Assembly: GCA_039030295.1 (NCBI GenBank)
Contig: JBCCEK010000004.1
Location: forward strand, 1 to 62,392
DNA length: 62,392 bases
Origin: Myxococcota bacterium
GTDB taxonomy: Bacteria > Myxococcota_A > Polyangia > Polyangiales > Houyiibacteriaceae
Reading direction: 5' to 3'
A program made the translations under genes and the position numbers. The notes under the pieces were generated by a model that was not told the DNA's origin, did not search any database, and saw nothing but the letters and a program-made list of their open reading frames with translations. Position 1 is the first letter of the stretch. Each line of letters opens with the position of its first letter. Of the stretch, positions 42,287-51,559 are shown piece after piece.

Positions 42287-43215
42287 GAAGCCAGGTTAGC
42301 ACTCGAAGTCGCGGCCGGTGAGGAAAGTGCGAGCAGCGAGAGCGTGATCCAAATCGCGTCGGCGATGAGCAGATGCGCCAGCTGGAGCCAAACCGGCGCC
42401 AGGAGTGCGACGTTGAAGAAACCCACTGCTAGTTGGATCAGCGCCAAGCCCGCAAGGCTCCAGACCTTAATCCGCCCAAGACTCGGGGAGTTCCGACGTC
42501 CAAACACGCTCGCGAGCCACAAGAGATACCCCGCTGCGAAGATCGCGATGACCGGATGCCAAATCCGAAGTCGAAGAAAGATGTGTGACGTGGGTGATAG
42601 GTCGGCGGCGAGCGCTTCAGCAAGGCTGCCGGCCGGAAAAAGGGTATCCCCGAGGGCCGCAACCGCACCGCTTACTCCAGCGAGCAGCAGGAGAAAGGCC
42701 GCACCCCCAAACCACATTCGGACCTGCCGTTCGGCTGGCCATCGCACGCCGTGCTCCCGCCAGGCGCTGACCGCGAGCCAGGTTAGCGCGGCAAGCAAGA
42801 GGAATGTGTTGACCAAATGGGCCGACATCCACCCTGCGCGTGCTGTCGAGGGGTTATCGGCAACCATGCGGAACAGGACGAGGCCCGCCCCGACGAGCGC
42901 TTCGGTCGTCATGAAGAAGAGGCTCCAGCCGGCGGCCGACCGGGTAGCATGCCCGCGCGCGAAGAGTCGACGCGACACGGTGTACATCACGAGGGTCCAC
43001 AACCAGCAAAGCCCAGAGGTCACGCGATGCGTGAGCTCGACGACAGTCTTGGTGGATGGCTCGACCGGCAGCACCAGGCCGTTACACAGAGGCCAGTGGT
43101 CGCCGCACCCGTCTCCCGACAGCGAAGCGCGAACGAACGCGCCCCACAAGACGACGGCGACCGTATAGGGCAACAGTGCAGTCGCGGCGACGGCGAAACG
43201 CTTGTGGACACCCAC
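42283..43215 (-). CDS. ctaA: haem A synthase (COX15/CtaA family)
   Basis: GVHKRFAVAATALLPYTVAVVLWGAFVRASLSGDGCGDHWPLCNG and a polytopic body with conserved His. GTG start. Confidence 0.85.
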   Translation of the reverse strand: MGVHKRFAVAATALLPYTVAVVLWGAFVRASLSGDGCGDHWPLCNGLVLPVEPSTKTVVELTHRVTSGLCWLWTLVMYTVSRRLFARGHATRSAAGWSLFFMTTEALVGAGLVLFRMVADNPSTARAGWMSAHLVNTFLLLAALTWLAVSAWREHGVRWPAERQVRMWFGGAAFLLLLAGVSGAVAALGDTLFPAGSLAEALAADLSPTSHIFLRLRIWHPVIAIFAAGYLLWLASVFGRRNSPSLGRIKVWSLAGLALIQLAVGFFNVALLAPVWLQLAHLLIADAIWITLSLLALSSPAATSSANLAS

Positions 43216-43236
43216 GCCGGGACGATGGAGTCGAAC

Positions 43237-43794
43237 TCAGCCGGCGTCAACGATCACGAACCGCATCGTTCGCTCCGCCGAGCCGCGCTGGTAGTCCACT
43301 GTCAGGTCCGAGGCGGTGCGAAGCCCTTCCCAAACCTGAGAGGCCTGCTCTGGCCGAGAGATCGGTCGCCCGTTGACACGCGTGACCACATCGCCAGGCC
43401 TTAGGTCGAGCGACGCGTAGACGAGGTCGCCTGGGAACAGCTTCACGATCCGAAAGCCGATGAACCGACCGCGATCGAAAGCGGGCTCCGTCTCGACGTT
43501 CTGGAGGTAGTCACCGAGCCCTCGATCGAGCACCTTGTCGAGCTGGGCTCGTTGGATCACGCCGTTGGTGCGCCGGGGGGTCATCTGACTCTCCGCTCCG
43601 GGGGGCGAGTTCTCGTCCTCCCATTCTTCGTCGACACCTTTTTGGCGCTCAGCGGGTTCCCAAGGGGCCTCGTCGCCTGAGGTCTCCCAAGTCGAGTCTT
43701 CCAACATGTCGCGCTGAAGCTTGGTGGTGCGGTCGCACGCGGAGCTCGCGGTAAAGGCGGCGATCATCAAGATGGGTAGGTACAGACGAGTCAT
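43237..43794 (-). CDS. PDZ-domain lipoprotein (GspC-like PDZ)
   Basis: Lipobox ILMIAAFTASSAC. C-terminal GFRIVKLFPGDLVYASLDLRPGDVVTRVNGRPI. ATGA overlap with the tmk stop. Confidence 0.7.
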   Translation of the reverse strand: MTRLYLPILMIAAFTASSACDRTTKLQRDMLEDSTWETSGDEAPWEPAERQKGVDEEWEDENSPPGAESQMTPRRTNGVIQRAQLDKVLDRGLGDYLQNVETEPAFDRGRFIGFRIVKLFPGDLVYASLDLRPGDVVTRVNGRPISRPEQASQVWEGLRTASDLTVDYQRGSAERTMRFVIVDAG

Positions 43795-44444
43795 GGAGTC
43801 TCTCCTCGGAGCGCTGCGACCTCAGCCCATATCGCGTCGGCCACGCCCTCGATGTCGCGGTTGGCGTCGATGTGACGAATTCTATCATCGGGGAAAAGCT
43901 CCTCGATCGTCGAATAAAACGCAGCCAACTCGACCTGCATGGCGTCGGTTTCGTAGAGTTCCGGGCTGCCGGAACGCGAACCTCGTCGCTTCGCCGCAAC
44001 CTCGGGCGACACATCGAGAATGAGCGTCAGGTCCGGCCTCCGAGCCTTTCGATTGAGCTCGCGGACCCAACGCGCCGCGTCGGGGCCACCGCCGCTGCTC
44101 ACCGTTTGGTAGGCGACCGAGGAGTAGTCGTAGCGGTCGCTGATGATCGTCACGCCGTCGGTCAGGTTGGGAACGATTTCGGAGTCGAGGTGATCGAGTC
44201 GGTCGGCCGCAAAGAGGGTCGCCATCATGGCCCAGCCCGGCGGGCGCGGCCCATGCCGACCCGGCACGACCACTCGACCAGTGAGGATCTGCCGAATCAT
44301 TACGCCTACCGGCCCGTCGCTCGGCTCGCGCGTGATGTGAACCGGAAGCCCCTTGGCGGCGAGGCGATCGCTGAGAAGAGCGCAGTGGGTCGTGGTGCCG
44401 GACCCGTCAATGCCGTCGAGAACGATGAACAGGCCTTCGATCAT
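43791..44444 (-). CDS. tmk: dTMP kinase
   Basis: P-loop FIVLDGIDGSGTTT. ATGA overlaps at both ends. Confidence 0.92.
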   Translation of the reverse strand: MIEGLFIVLDGIDGSGTTTHCALLSDRLAAKGLPVHITREPSDGPVGVMIRQILTGRVVVPGRHGPRPPGWAMMATLFAADRLDHLDSEIVPNLTDGVTIISDRYDYSSVAYQTVSSGGGPDAARWVRELNRKARRPDLTLILDVSPEVAAKRRGSRSGSPELYETDAMQVELAAFYSTIEELFPDDRIRHIDANRDIEGVADAIWAEVAALRGETP

Positions 44445-46345
44445 CGTGTCGTCGCCTTCGCTTCGCCGAACTTAAACGTCGCGCCGGCCTGCGCATAGAT
44501 CCGCGTGTCGGAGCGGCCGCCTCCGAACACGTCGCCAAGGATTCGTCGATCACGGCCGGCCACGATTCCTTCCACTTCGACCCATACGTTCCATTTGCGC
44601 GTCACAACCACCTCGAGGGAACCACCGAGCCGTCCACGAACCAGGTTCTGGCGGGAGTCTGCCACGACCACCGTGTCGTTGGCACCCGCGAAGTCCCAGC
44701 GGTCGCTGTTGAAGTCCATCGCCATCCAAAGAGAGAGCGCGCCGCGCGGCGGAAAGTGAAGGCTGAAGATCCCGTCGAGGCTGAAGAAGAAGTTGTTGGT
44801 CGGGTGCTTATCACCGAGGAGGTCTCGTTGGGCTGGCCCCGCACCGCCACCGATGGTCAAGTCGGCACCCAGCGAGAAGTTGTCGCTCACCCGCCATCCT
44901 GCTTTGGTACTGACCGCGACATCGGTAAGACGGCCGAACGTGCCTATCCAGAGGCCGACGTCGAGGAACCGGGTGAGGCCGGTTCGAAAGCCCACCGACG
45001 CGATGAAAGGCCAGCCGGCCGAGAAGTCGAGCGCGGAAACGCCGACGGGTACCGGGGCGCCCGTGTGCGTGACGGTGTTGCGCAGGGGATCCTTGCGGCG
45101 CGCTTCCTTGTCGAGGTCTACGGGGTCATCGCTGGCGGTCGAAGCGGAGAGAATCACCTGAATGAGGCGCACGGTGCCGGTCTTTTCGAGGCGGACTTGT
45201 TCGGTGTGCGGCAGGTACCCCTCCGCGCGCACCTCGATCCTGTGGGAGCCAGCGGGGAGATCGCCCTCCCAGGGGACGGGCCCGCGGAGTTCGCCGTCGA
45301 CGAAGAGTTGGGCGTCGGAGACGTTGGCTTCGACGCGAACCGGCACCCCGAGGGGATAGAGCTCTGCGTAGATGTCGCAGTTGCGCGACGGACTCACCGA
45401 GCAGGAGCGCCTGACTTCCCGGTAACCGGGCGCGGTCACGACGATGGTGTGCGTTCCGAGCTCGGCCGGCTCGATCGTCACAGGTGGCGCCCCGTAGTCG
45501 ACGCCATCGATGATGATCGAAGACTCGGCGATGTTGGTGCGGACCAGGATACGGGCGGCGTCGGAACTCGCAGTGGTGAACCGGACCGAGACGACCCGCT
45601 CCCGCCCCGCCACGACGGTGACGGGCTGCTCGACCGGCTCGTATCCAGTGGCACGCGCCATCACGATGTGCTCGCCCGGCGTGAGGCCTCCCTTGGCGGC
45701 GGGGGAGACACCGATGTCCACACCGTCGAGGCTCACGATCGCGCCGGGCACGTTCGTGATCACGCGGAGGCTACCGAGGTCCGGCTCGACCCGAATGGTC
45801 GCTTCCAAGGTCGTGCGGGCGCCGGCCTCGATGGTGGCGACCTTGGCGAACGGGACGTACCCTTCGCCGGGGCTCCGTATTTCGACGAGGTGCTCTCCTT
45901 CGGTCAGACCATCAACGACCAGCGGGGTGGCGCCGCGCTTCTGACCGTCGATGTACACCGGGATGCCGGTGACGTCGGCAGTGACCAGCAGTGAGCCGGT
46001 TGGGGTGTCTTGGGGTTGCAGGGTGACCGAAATCGTCTCGACTTGGCCGCTCGTGAGGGTCACCCACTTCGAGAACGTGACGAAACCGCGTTTGCCGACC
46101 TGGACGAGGTGTCGCCCGGGCGGCAGCGTTTGGCGCAGCGGGACGTTGCCTGAAGGTTGTCCGTCGAGGCGGATCGAGGCGCCGTCGGTGGCCTCATCGC
46201 CCGCGGTGATCACGATGACACCCGGCTGCGCGTCTTCTGGGTCTGGTGCTTGCGCGTGGACGGCGGCCGCCGCGAAGGCAGCCCACACCGTGACGAAGAC
46301 CATCACGATCCGCGCCATCCCGCTCACCCTAAGCCACCGTTGCAT
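44441..46345 (-). CDS. PEGA-repeat secreted protein with beta-rich C-terminal domain
   Basis: ORF 44441..46486. ATG 46345 or 46318 gives the signal peptide MARIVMVFVTVWAAFAAAAVHAQA. Repeated PEGA-like units (..SPGEGYVP.., ..ATGYEPV.., ..APGYREV.., ..AEGYLPH..). Confidence 0.8.
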   Translation of the reverse strand: MQRWLRVSGMARIVMVFVTVWAAFAAAAVHAQAPDPEDAQPGVIVITAGDEATDGASIRLDGQPSGNVPLRQTLPPGRHLVQVGKRGFVTFSKWVTLTSGQVETISVTLQPQDTPTGSLLVTADVTGIPVYIDGQKRGATPLVVDGLTEGEHLVEIRSPGEGYVPFAKVATIEAGARTTLEATIRVEPDLGSLRVITNVPGAIVSLDGVDIGVSPAAKGGLTPGEHIVMARATGYEPVEQPVTVVAGRERVVSVRFTTASSDAARILVRTNIAESSIIIDGVDYGAPPVTIEPAELGTHTIVVTAPGYREVRRSCSVSPSRNCDIYAELYPLGVPVRVEANVSDAQLFVDGELRGPVPWEGDLPAGSHRIEVRAEGYLPHTEQVRLEKTGTVRLIQVILSASTASDDPVDLDKEARRKDPLRNTVTHTGAPVPVGVSALDFSAGWPFIASVGFRTGLTRFLDVGLWIGTFGRLTDVAVSTKAGWRVSDNFSLGADLTIGGGAGPAQRDLLGDKHPTNNFFFSLDGIFSLHFPPRGALSLWMAMDFNSDRWDFAGANDTVVVADSRQNLVRGRLGGSLEVVVTRKWNVWVEVEGIVAGRDRRILGDVFGGGRSDTRIYAQAGATFKFGEAKATTR

Positions 46346-46489
46346 AAACCCTCGGACGTGTGCGGTTGTGGCCGATTCACCGGCACGCGCACCCCTCCGG
46401 TGTTTACCCTCAGCCTGCGCGCACGCTAAGAAAGTGACCGAACACTTCGCAGCTGCCTCCGATGAGGCGAGAATTTTCGAGCTCAAGGG

Positions 46490-48889
46490 TCACGGCGCAA
46501 CGAACAATGCTTCGAAGGGATCCGGGTCTTCAGGCGCCTCGACCGCGACGCCCAGCGGGGGCAAAGCGCGCGCCAGTGGCAGTGGCTCGCCGGCCTGTCG
46601 GAAGTCGAAGGCGTCGATCTCGGCGAGGCCATAGTCCAGGGCTTCGGGGCCAATGCGCTCGCGATTCGACATGTGCTCGAGCAGACGGGTCATCTTCCCG
46701 CGCATCCCACGCGTCAGCGCGTCTCGCTCATAAGAGACGTGGTAGCGCTTGGGCGAGGGCAGGATGCACGCAAGGAACGCGGCCTCGGCCGGGCTCAGTG
46801 CATCGGGTGTGCGCCCGAAGTAGTACGCTGCTCCGTTGCGGAGCCCGTAGATCGCGGGCCCGTACTCGATCACGTTCACGTAGAGTTCGAGGATCTCGTC
46901 CTTGTTGAGCGCGTTCTCGAGCCACCAGGTGAGAATGACCTCCTGCACCTTGCGGGCGATCGTTTTCTCTCGCTTGAGGTAGAGGTTCTTGGCCAGCTGC
47001 ATGGAGATCGTACTGGCGCCGACGACGTAGCGGCCTTCCTTCAGATTGCGCACCAGGGCGTCTCGGATGGCCCACGGTGCAAACCCACCGTGATCGTAGA
47101 AGCGGGCATCCTCGTGACTGAGAACGGCTTCGACGAGGAACGGGCTGACCTCTTCGAACGGTACCCAGTTCTCGGTCTCCGGGCCAGTGACCATTTGGAA
47201 GGTGGTCTCGTCGGGCTCGACCACGGTGTGGCGAAAGGGCTCCTGAAACCGTTCAACGCGGACCCAGCGTGGCGCGCGGACGAACTCGCAGAGATCCCGG
47301 ACCCGCATGGAGAGCTCCGTCGCATCGAGGTCACGCGAATCGACAACCAAGTGACCCATGCCTCCCCAGGTTCCCTTCCACGAGAAACCCGCGAGGGGGC
47401 CGAACACGTCTTTCGGGATGGCGCTGATCACATCGTTGCATGGCGTCGGGGGCATTCTCGCGGTGAGGTCGACCCGATAGTGCTCGTGCGTCCGCTCGAG
47501 CTCTCCTTCGACGAGGACCCGGGCGGCGCCAGTGCGGAGCTGGGCCTCCTCGATACCGAGGCGTCGTTCGGCCGGATACCAGACGCCCTTCCCCCGGACG
47601 CTCGCGCTGAGCGACTCGATCGGGTTGGGGGCCAAGCGCTCTGAGAACAGTGACGCGTTGCGAAGCGCGACGACGCCATCGAGGTGAATCTCGCCGGTTT
47701 GGTCGGCTTCGAGGGCAAGTTCGGCCGTGACCACCCCTTCCTCAGGGTTGTAGAGGGGGACCTCCGGGACCAGAGGCGCCAGCAACGCGAGCGACACACC
47801 ACGGATGGTGACGTTGCCCTCGGCACGCGCCTGCATGGGCTGGAGCTTGAGATCGACATTGACCTCACCGGAGTTCGAGGTGCGGCCAGTGGTTCGCATC
47901 CGAAACCAGCCCTCTCCGAGTCCCTTCAAGGCAAAGGTGAGATCCTCGACGCGCTCGACGTGCCCGCCTGGGGTACGGCTTTCGACGTCGAGATCGGAGA
48001 CCGTGACGGTTCCATTCGGGCTGAGGCGCGACAGAAACGCGCGACGATCCGGGATCGAGTCGCCGACAGGCGCATCTTGCGGTGCGGGGTCTTGCGGTGC
48101 GGGGTCGGCGTCAGGAACGTTCCGCGAATTGCGTGCCTCGATCACGACGCGCGCGGCCTCGCGCAGCCGGAGCGCCAGGGGTTCGTCACCTTCGACCGCG
48201 GTTCCCAACCAACGCACGCTGCCTTGCTCGACCGCCAAGGTCTCGAGTGCCCAGCTTCCATCGCTGCGAACGAGTTCGCCCCGCACAGGGCCAACCCGGG
48301 CGTGGTCTCCGCCGGCATCGCCGACAAGCGACTTCGCGACCGAACCTGTAACGTGGTTTCCCTCTTTGCGGAGTTCGAGATCGCTCATGCGAACCAAGGG
48401 GCCATGCGCGTCCCGAACCTCGAGGACCATGTCGCTCACGACGTATGTACGCCCGGCCCCGGCATCGGCCGAGGACGAGGGCTTGGCTGAGCCGGGAGGT
48501 GCAAGGGTAGACAAGAGTTGGCGCAGTGACGCATCGGTGTCGGCTTGGCTGAGGTCGACGGAGACTTGCACCGTTTCGGCGCGGACGGCGCGAACGGCGC
48601 GGGCGCCTTTCCAGAGGGCAGACAGTAGTGACGCTTCGGCGTGAACCGTGTCGATCTGGACGGAGAGCGTCCCGTTCTCGTCGCGAAGTCGAACGCCGTC
48701 GAGTGTAACGGCGCCGAGGCCGATGTCCGCGTCGTCGATCTCCGCGGTCACCGGAAGACGTGACTCGATGAGTCGGGCGATCCGGGCGGGAGCCCGTCGG
48801 ACACCCACGAACCACATCGAGCCGAGGGCCAGACCCAACGCGGCTGCGCCGAACGCCCATGCGCGCCTGTCGGTGAACACCCGCCGCAT
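46490..48889 (-). CDS. glycosyltransferase-51 peptidoglycan transglycosylase domain protein with a ~520-aa N-terminal domain of unknown type
   Basis: C-terminal HEDARFYDHGGF, STISMQLAKNLYL, KVQEVILTWWLE. N-terminal membrane anchor. No transpeptidase module. Confidence 0.85.
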   Translation of the reverse strand: MRRVFTDRRAWAFGAAALGLALGSMWFVGVRRAPARIARLIESRLPVTAEIDDADIGLGAVTLDGVRLRDENGTLSVQIDTVHAEASLLSALWKGARAVRAVRAETVQVSVDLSQADTDASLRQLLSTLAPPGSAKPSSSADAGAGRTYVVSDMVLEVRDAHGPLVRMSDLELRKEGNHVTGSVAKSLVGDAGGDHARVGPVRGELVRSDGSWALETLAVEQGSVRWLGTAVEGDEPLALRLREAARVVIEARNSRNVPDADPAPQDPAPQDAPVGDSIPDRRAFLSRLSPNGTVTVSDLDVESRTPGGHVERVEDLTFALKGLGEGWFRMRTTGRTSNSGEVNVDLKLQPMQARAEGNVTIRGVSLALLAPLVPEVPLYNPEEGVVTAELALEADQTGEIHLDGVVALRNASLFSERLAPNPIESLSASVRGKGVWYPAERRLGIEEAQLRTGAARVLVEGELERTHEHYRVDLTARMPPTPCNDVISAIPKDVFGPLAGFSWKGTWGGMGHLVVDSRDLDATELSMRVRDLCEFVRAPRWVRVERFQEPFRHTVVEPDETTFQMVTGPETENWVPFEEVSPFLVEAVLSHEDARFYDHGGFAPWAIRDALVRNLKEGRYVVGASTISMQLAKNLYLKREKTIARKVQEVILTWWLENALNKDEILELYVNVIEYGPAIYGLRNGAAYYFGRTPDALSPAEAAFLACILPSPKRYHVSYERDALTRGMRGKMTRLLEHMSNRERIGPEALDYGLAEIDAFDFRQAGEPLPLARALPPLGVAVEAPEDPDPFEALFVAP

Positions 48890-48924
48890 TCGGCAACGAT
48901 TATGCCGCTTCTCAAACCGGAAGC

Positions 48925-49374
48925 CTAATAAAGCTTGGTGCTGTCGATCTGGATGGTGACGGGGCCATCGCCCGACGATTCGACGCGCATCGTCGCTCGA
49001 AATTGGCCGGTTTCAACGGGGAGGCCTCTGGCTCGCAGGCCCTCGACGACCTCTAGGTATTGTTGTTCGGCGGGTTCGGGAGGCGCCGCGTCTTCGAAGG
49101 AGGGTCGCCGTCCGCGTCGGACGTCGCCGAACAAGGTGAACTGCGAGACGACGAGCACGGCACCTTCGACCTCGACGACCGATAGCGACATGCGCCCGTC
49201 GTCGTTTGGGAAGATGCGCAGGCCCGCGATCTTGTCGACCATGTAGCGAACGTCATGCGAGGTGTCCTCTTTGCCGGCGGCGAGATAGACCAAGAGTCCA
49301 CGCTCGATGGCACCGACGACTTTCCCGCCGACAACGACTCTCGCGTCGTGAACGCGCTGCACGACTGCACGCAT
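48925..49374 (-). CDS. dtd: D-aminoacyl-tRNA deacylase
   Basis: ORF trimmed to ATG 49374. MRAVVQRV.., SQFTLFGD, RRPSF. Confidence 0.93.
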   Translation of the reverse strand: MRAVVQRVHDARVVVGGKVVGAIERGLLVYLAAGKEDTSHDVRYMVDKIAGLRIFPNDDGRMSLSVVEVEGAVLVVSQFTLFGDVRRGRRPSFEDAAPPEPAEQQYLEVVEGLRARGLPVETGQFRATMRVESSGDGPVTIQIDSTKLY

Positions 49375-49438
49375 CGTCGCGGCGTAGCACGCGGACAATC
49401 GTCTTGCCCGACCGAAGTGATGGCGAATACTCCTCGCG

Positions 49439-50056
49439 ATGAAACCAGTCGTGGGGCTAACGGGGGGTATTGCCTGCGGGAAGACCACCGTAGCGAGCAT
49501 GTTTGGGGAGCTCGGCATCCCCGTGATCGACGCGGACGATTTAGCACGCGAAGTCGTGGAGCCCGGGACGCCGGGCCTTGCGCGCGTCGTCGCCGAGTTC
49601 GGTGAGCAAGTTCTCGATGGCGCGGGTCAACTGGACCGCAAACGCCTCGCCGATGTGGTGTTCGACGACGATGATGCGAGAAAGAGACTCAACGCAATCT
49701 TGCATCCCCTGATCGGTGCTGCAGGGGCGACACACATCGCAGAGCTCCAGACGCACCCTGCTCCGTACATTCTCTATGAGGCCGCACTTTTGGTCGAAAC
49801 GGGCTCCTACAAAGCGTTTGGGGCGTTGGTCGTCGTGAGCGCCGACCCTCGCGTCCAGAAAGAACGCTTGGTGAAGCGAGACGGGCTCTCGGACGAAGAG
49901 GCCGACGCGAGGATCGCCTCACAGCTGCCTTTGTCGGAGAAGGAGGCGGTAGCCGACTACGTGGTGGCGAACGACGGTGTGCTGGCAGACACGCAAGCGC
50001 GGGTCTCGGAAGTGCATGCCGCGCTGGTCGCCCGCTTCGAGGCGCAAGAACGATGA
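49439..50056 (+). CDS. coaE: dephospho-CoA kinase
   Basis: P-loop VVGLTGGIACGKTT; 205 aa. Confidence 0.92.
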   Translation: MKPVVGLTGGIACGKTTVASMFGELGIPVIDADDLAREVVEPGTPGLARVVAEFGEQVLDGAGQLDRKRLADVVFDDDDARKRLNAILHPLIGAAGATHIAELQTHPAPYILYEAALLVETGSYKAFGALVVVSADPRVQKERLVKRDGLSDEEADARIASQLPLSEKEAVADYVVANDGVLADTQARVSEVHAALVARFEAQER

Positions 50057-51111
50057 TAGAGCGTGCGAAAACGAATGTCTTGGTCACCGGGTTCCCTGGA
50101 CGTCAGCTCGCTACGCACATCGTTCGAGGGTTGAGCCATGATCCGAACGTCTCGCTTTGGTGCCTCACCACCGCCTCCCAAGAGGAGCGCGCTCGCGAGC
50201 TGTTGGCGTCGATGGAGACGACGGCTGGCGGGGGCGCAACGCTTCTCGTGGGCGATCCGCGGGCCCTCGACCTTGGCCTTAGTGGTGAAGAGTTCCGGAG
50301 TCTCACCGCCGACCTCCATGTGATTCACCACGGCGCGTGCATCACGGATCCCGCAGGCACCAAAGAGGAAGGTGTTGGCAACATCAAAGCGTCAGCGGAG
50401 ATTCTCGAAGTCGCCGAGAATGCGCCCTCAGTACGACGTCTGGTGTGTTGGTCGAGTGCGATCGTCTCCGGGAACCGAGAGGGCTTCGTCATGGAAGGGG
50501 ATCTCCGCGACACCGACGGCTTCCGAAACCCCATTGAGGAGTCGCTCTATCAAGTGGAGCGAATGATGCAGGAGTCCATGGAGGAGTTCCCGATCGTGGT
50601 CGTTCGGCCCGCGTTGTTGGTCGGAGACTCCGTCACCGGTGAAACCGAGGAACTCAACGGGATCTATTTGCTCATACGCTTTCTCTTGAGCGCACCCGAG
50701 GACTACCGCTTGCCAAGCCCGTCTCGAAGCGGTGTTCGCATCAGCGCCGTGCCAGTCGACTACGCGGCCAAAGCGGGCCTGCAGATCGCGGCGGACGAGA
50801 GATCGGTTGGACGCACCTTTCACGTCGTGGATCCCAAACCGATCACCGTCCAGCATGCGCTGCACCTGTTCGCCGAAGCCACCGGTCGCCCGCTTCCACG
50901 GGAACACGATCCACTCAATCTCGCGACCGCCCTCCTTCGCGCCCCGGGCCTCCAGCGCTTCACACACGCCACCCGCGCCTTCCTCGACCACCTCAAGACC
51001 GACGTCATCTACGACGATCGCAACGCGCGCGAGCTCCTCACCGACACCGGCATCGCCTGCCCCCCGCTAGAAGACTACGTAGACCTCATGGTCCGCCACG
51101 CCCAGCAATAA
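50053..51111 (+). CDS. atypical SDR, thioester-reductase/NAD(P)-binding-4-like
   Basis: NVLVTGFPGRQLA, VIHHGA, and WSSAIVSG with YQVER where YxxxK is expected. ATGA overlap with the coaE stop. Confidence 0.7.
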   Translation: MIERAKTNVLVTGFPGRQLATHIVRGLSHDPNVSLWCLTTASQEERARELLASMETTAGGGATLLVGDPRALDLGLSGEEFRSLTADLHVIHHGACITDPAGTKEEGVGNIKASAEILEVAENAPSVRRLVCWSSAIVSGNREGFVMEGDLRDTDGFRNPIEESLYQVERMMQESMEEFPIVVVRPALLVGDSVTGETEELNGIYLLIRFLLSAPEDYRLPSPSRSGVRISAVPVDYAAKAGLQIAADERSVGRTFHVVDPKPITVQHALHLFAEATGRPLPREHDPLNLATALLRAPGLQRFTHATRAFLDHLKTDVIYDDRNARELLTDTGIACPPLEDYVDLMVRHAQQ

Positions 51112-51120
51112 CGGGGCACC

Positions 51121-51531
51121 CTAGGATTCGAAGGCTTGGATGCGGGTGCGGAGTTGGTCGGGGATGGGGGTGGTTTCTCGGGTGGTGGGGTCGACGCAGA
51201 CGCTGGTGACCGAGGCCTTGGCGAGGGTGTTGCCTTGGTCGTCGCGGACGGTGAACTCGGTTGTGATGCTCGTGCGACCGAGGCGGGTCACATGGGTTTC
51301 GATCTTGACCTCGTCTTCGTAGAGCGCACTCCCGGAGTACTCGCACTGCGCGTTCACGTAATAGGTATCGACCCCGAGCTTGGCCAAGTCTTGGTAGGGG
51401 AACCCGATGTGCCGCATGTACGCACCCCAGGCCTCATCGCAGAACACGAGGTAGTTCGCGAAGTAGACGTGGCCTTGTGCATCGGTGTCGCGAAAGCGAA
51501 CGTGCATTCTGTAGATGTGGGGATCGGGCAT
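51121..51531 (-). CDS. 4HBT/YbgC-type acyl-CoA thioesterase
   Basis: YRMHVRFRDTDAQGHVYFANYLVF; 136 aa hot-dog protein. Confidence 0.88.
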   Translation of the reverse strand: MPDPHIYRMHVRFRDTDAQGHVYFANYLVFCDEAWGAYMRHIGFPYQDLAKLGVDTYYVNAQCEYSGSALYEDEVKIETHVTRLGRTSITTEFTVRDDQGNTLAKASVTSVCVDPTTRETTPIPDQLRTRIQAFES

Positions 51532-51559
51532 GGCCGTAGTCTAGTGCCGATCGATCCCG

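Noticed and set aside
41579-43168. 529-aa plus-strand ORF; similar long antisense ORFs at 30129..31280, 36291..37205, 44756..45994 and 46673..47644
   Set aside because: Each lies antisense to a gene with clear family motifs (kinase/ctaA, Spt-like, bioB, PEGA protein, transglycosylase). Their translations are Arg/Pro/Gly-rich with no recognisable domains. Long open antisense frames are expected at this GC content.
48076-48105. Perfect 15-bp tandem duplication CTTGCGGTGCGGGGT x2
   Set aside because: It is in frame within the transglycosylase linker (encoding DPAPQDPAPQ). A simple slippage duplication in a Pro-rich spacer, with no regulatory context.
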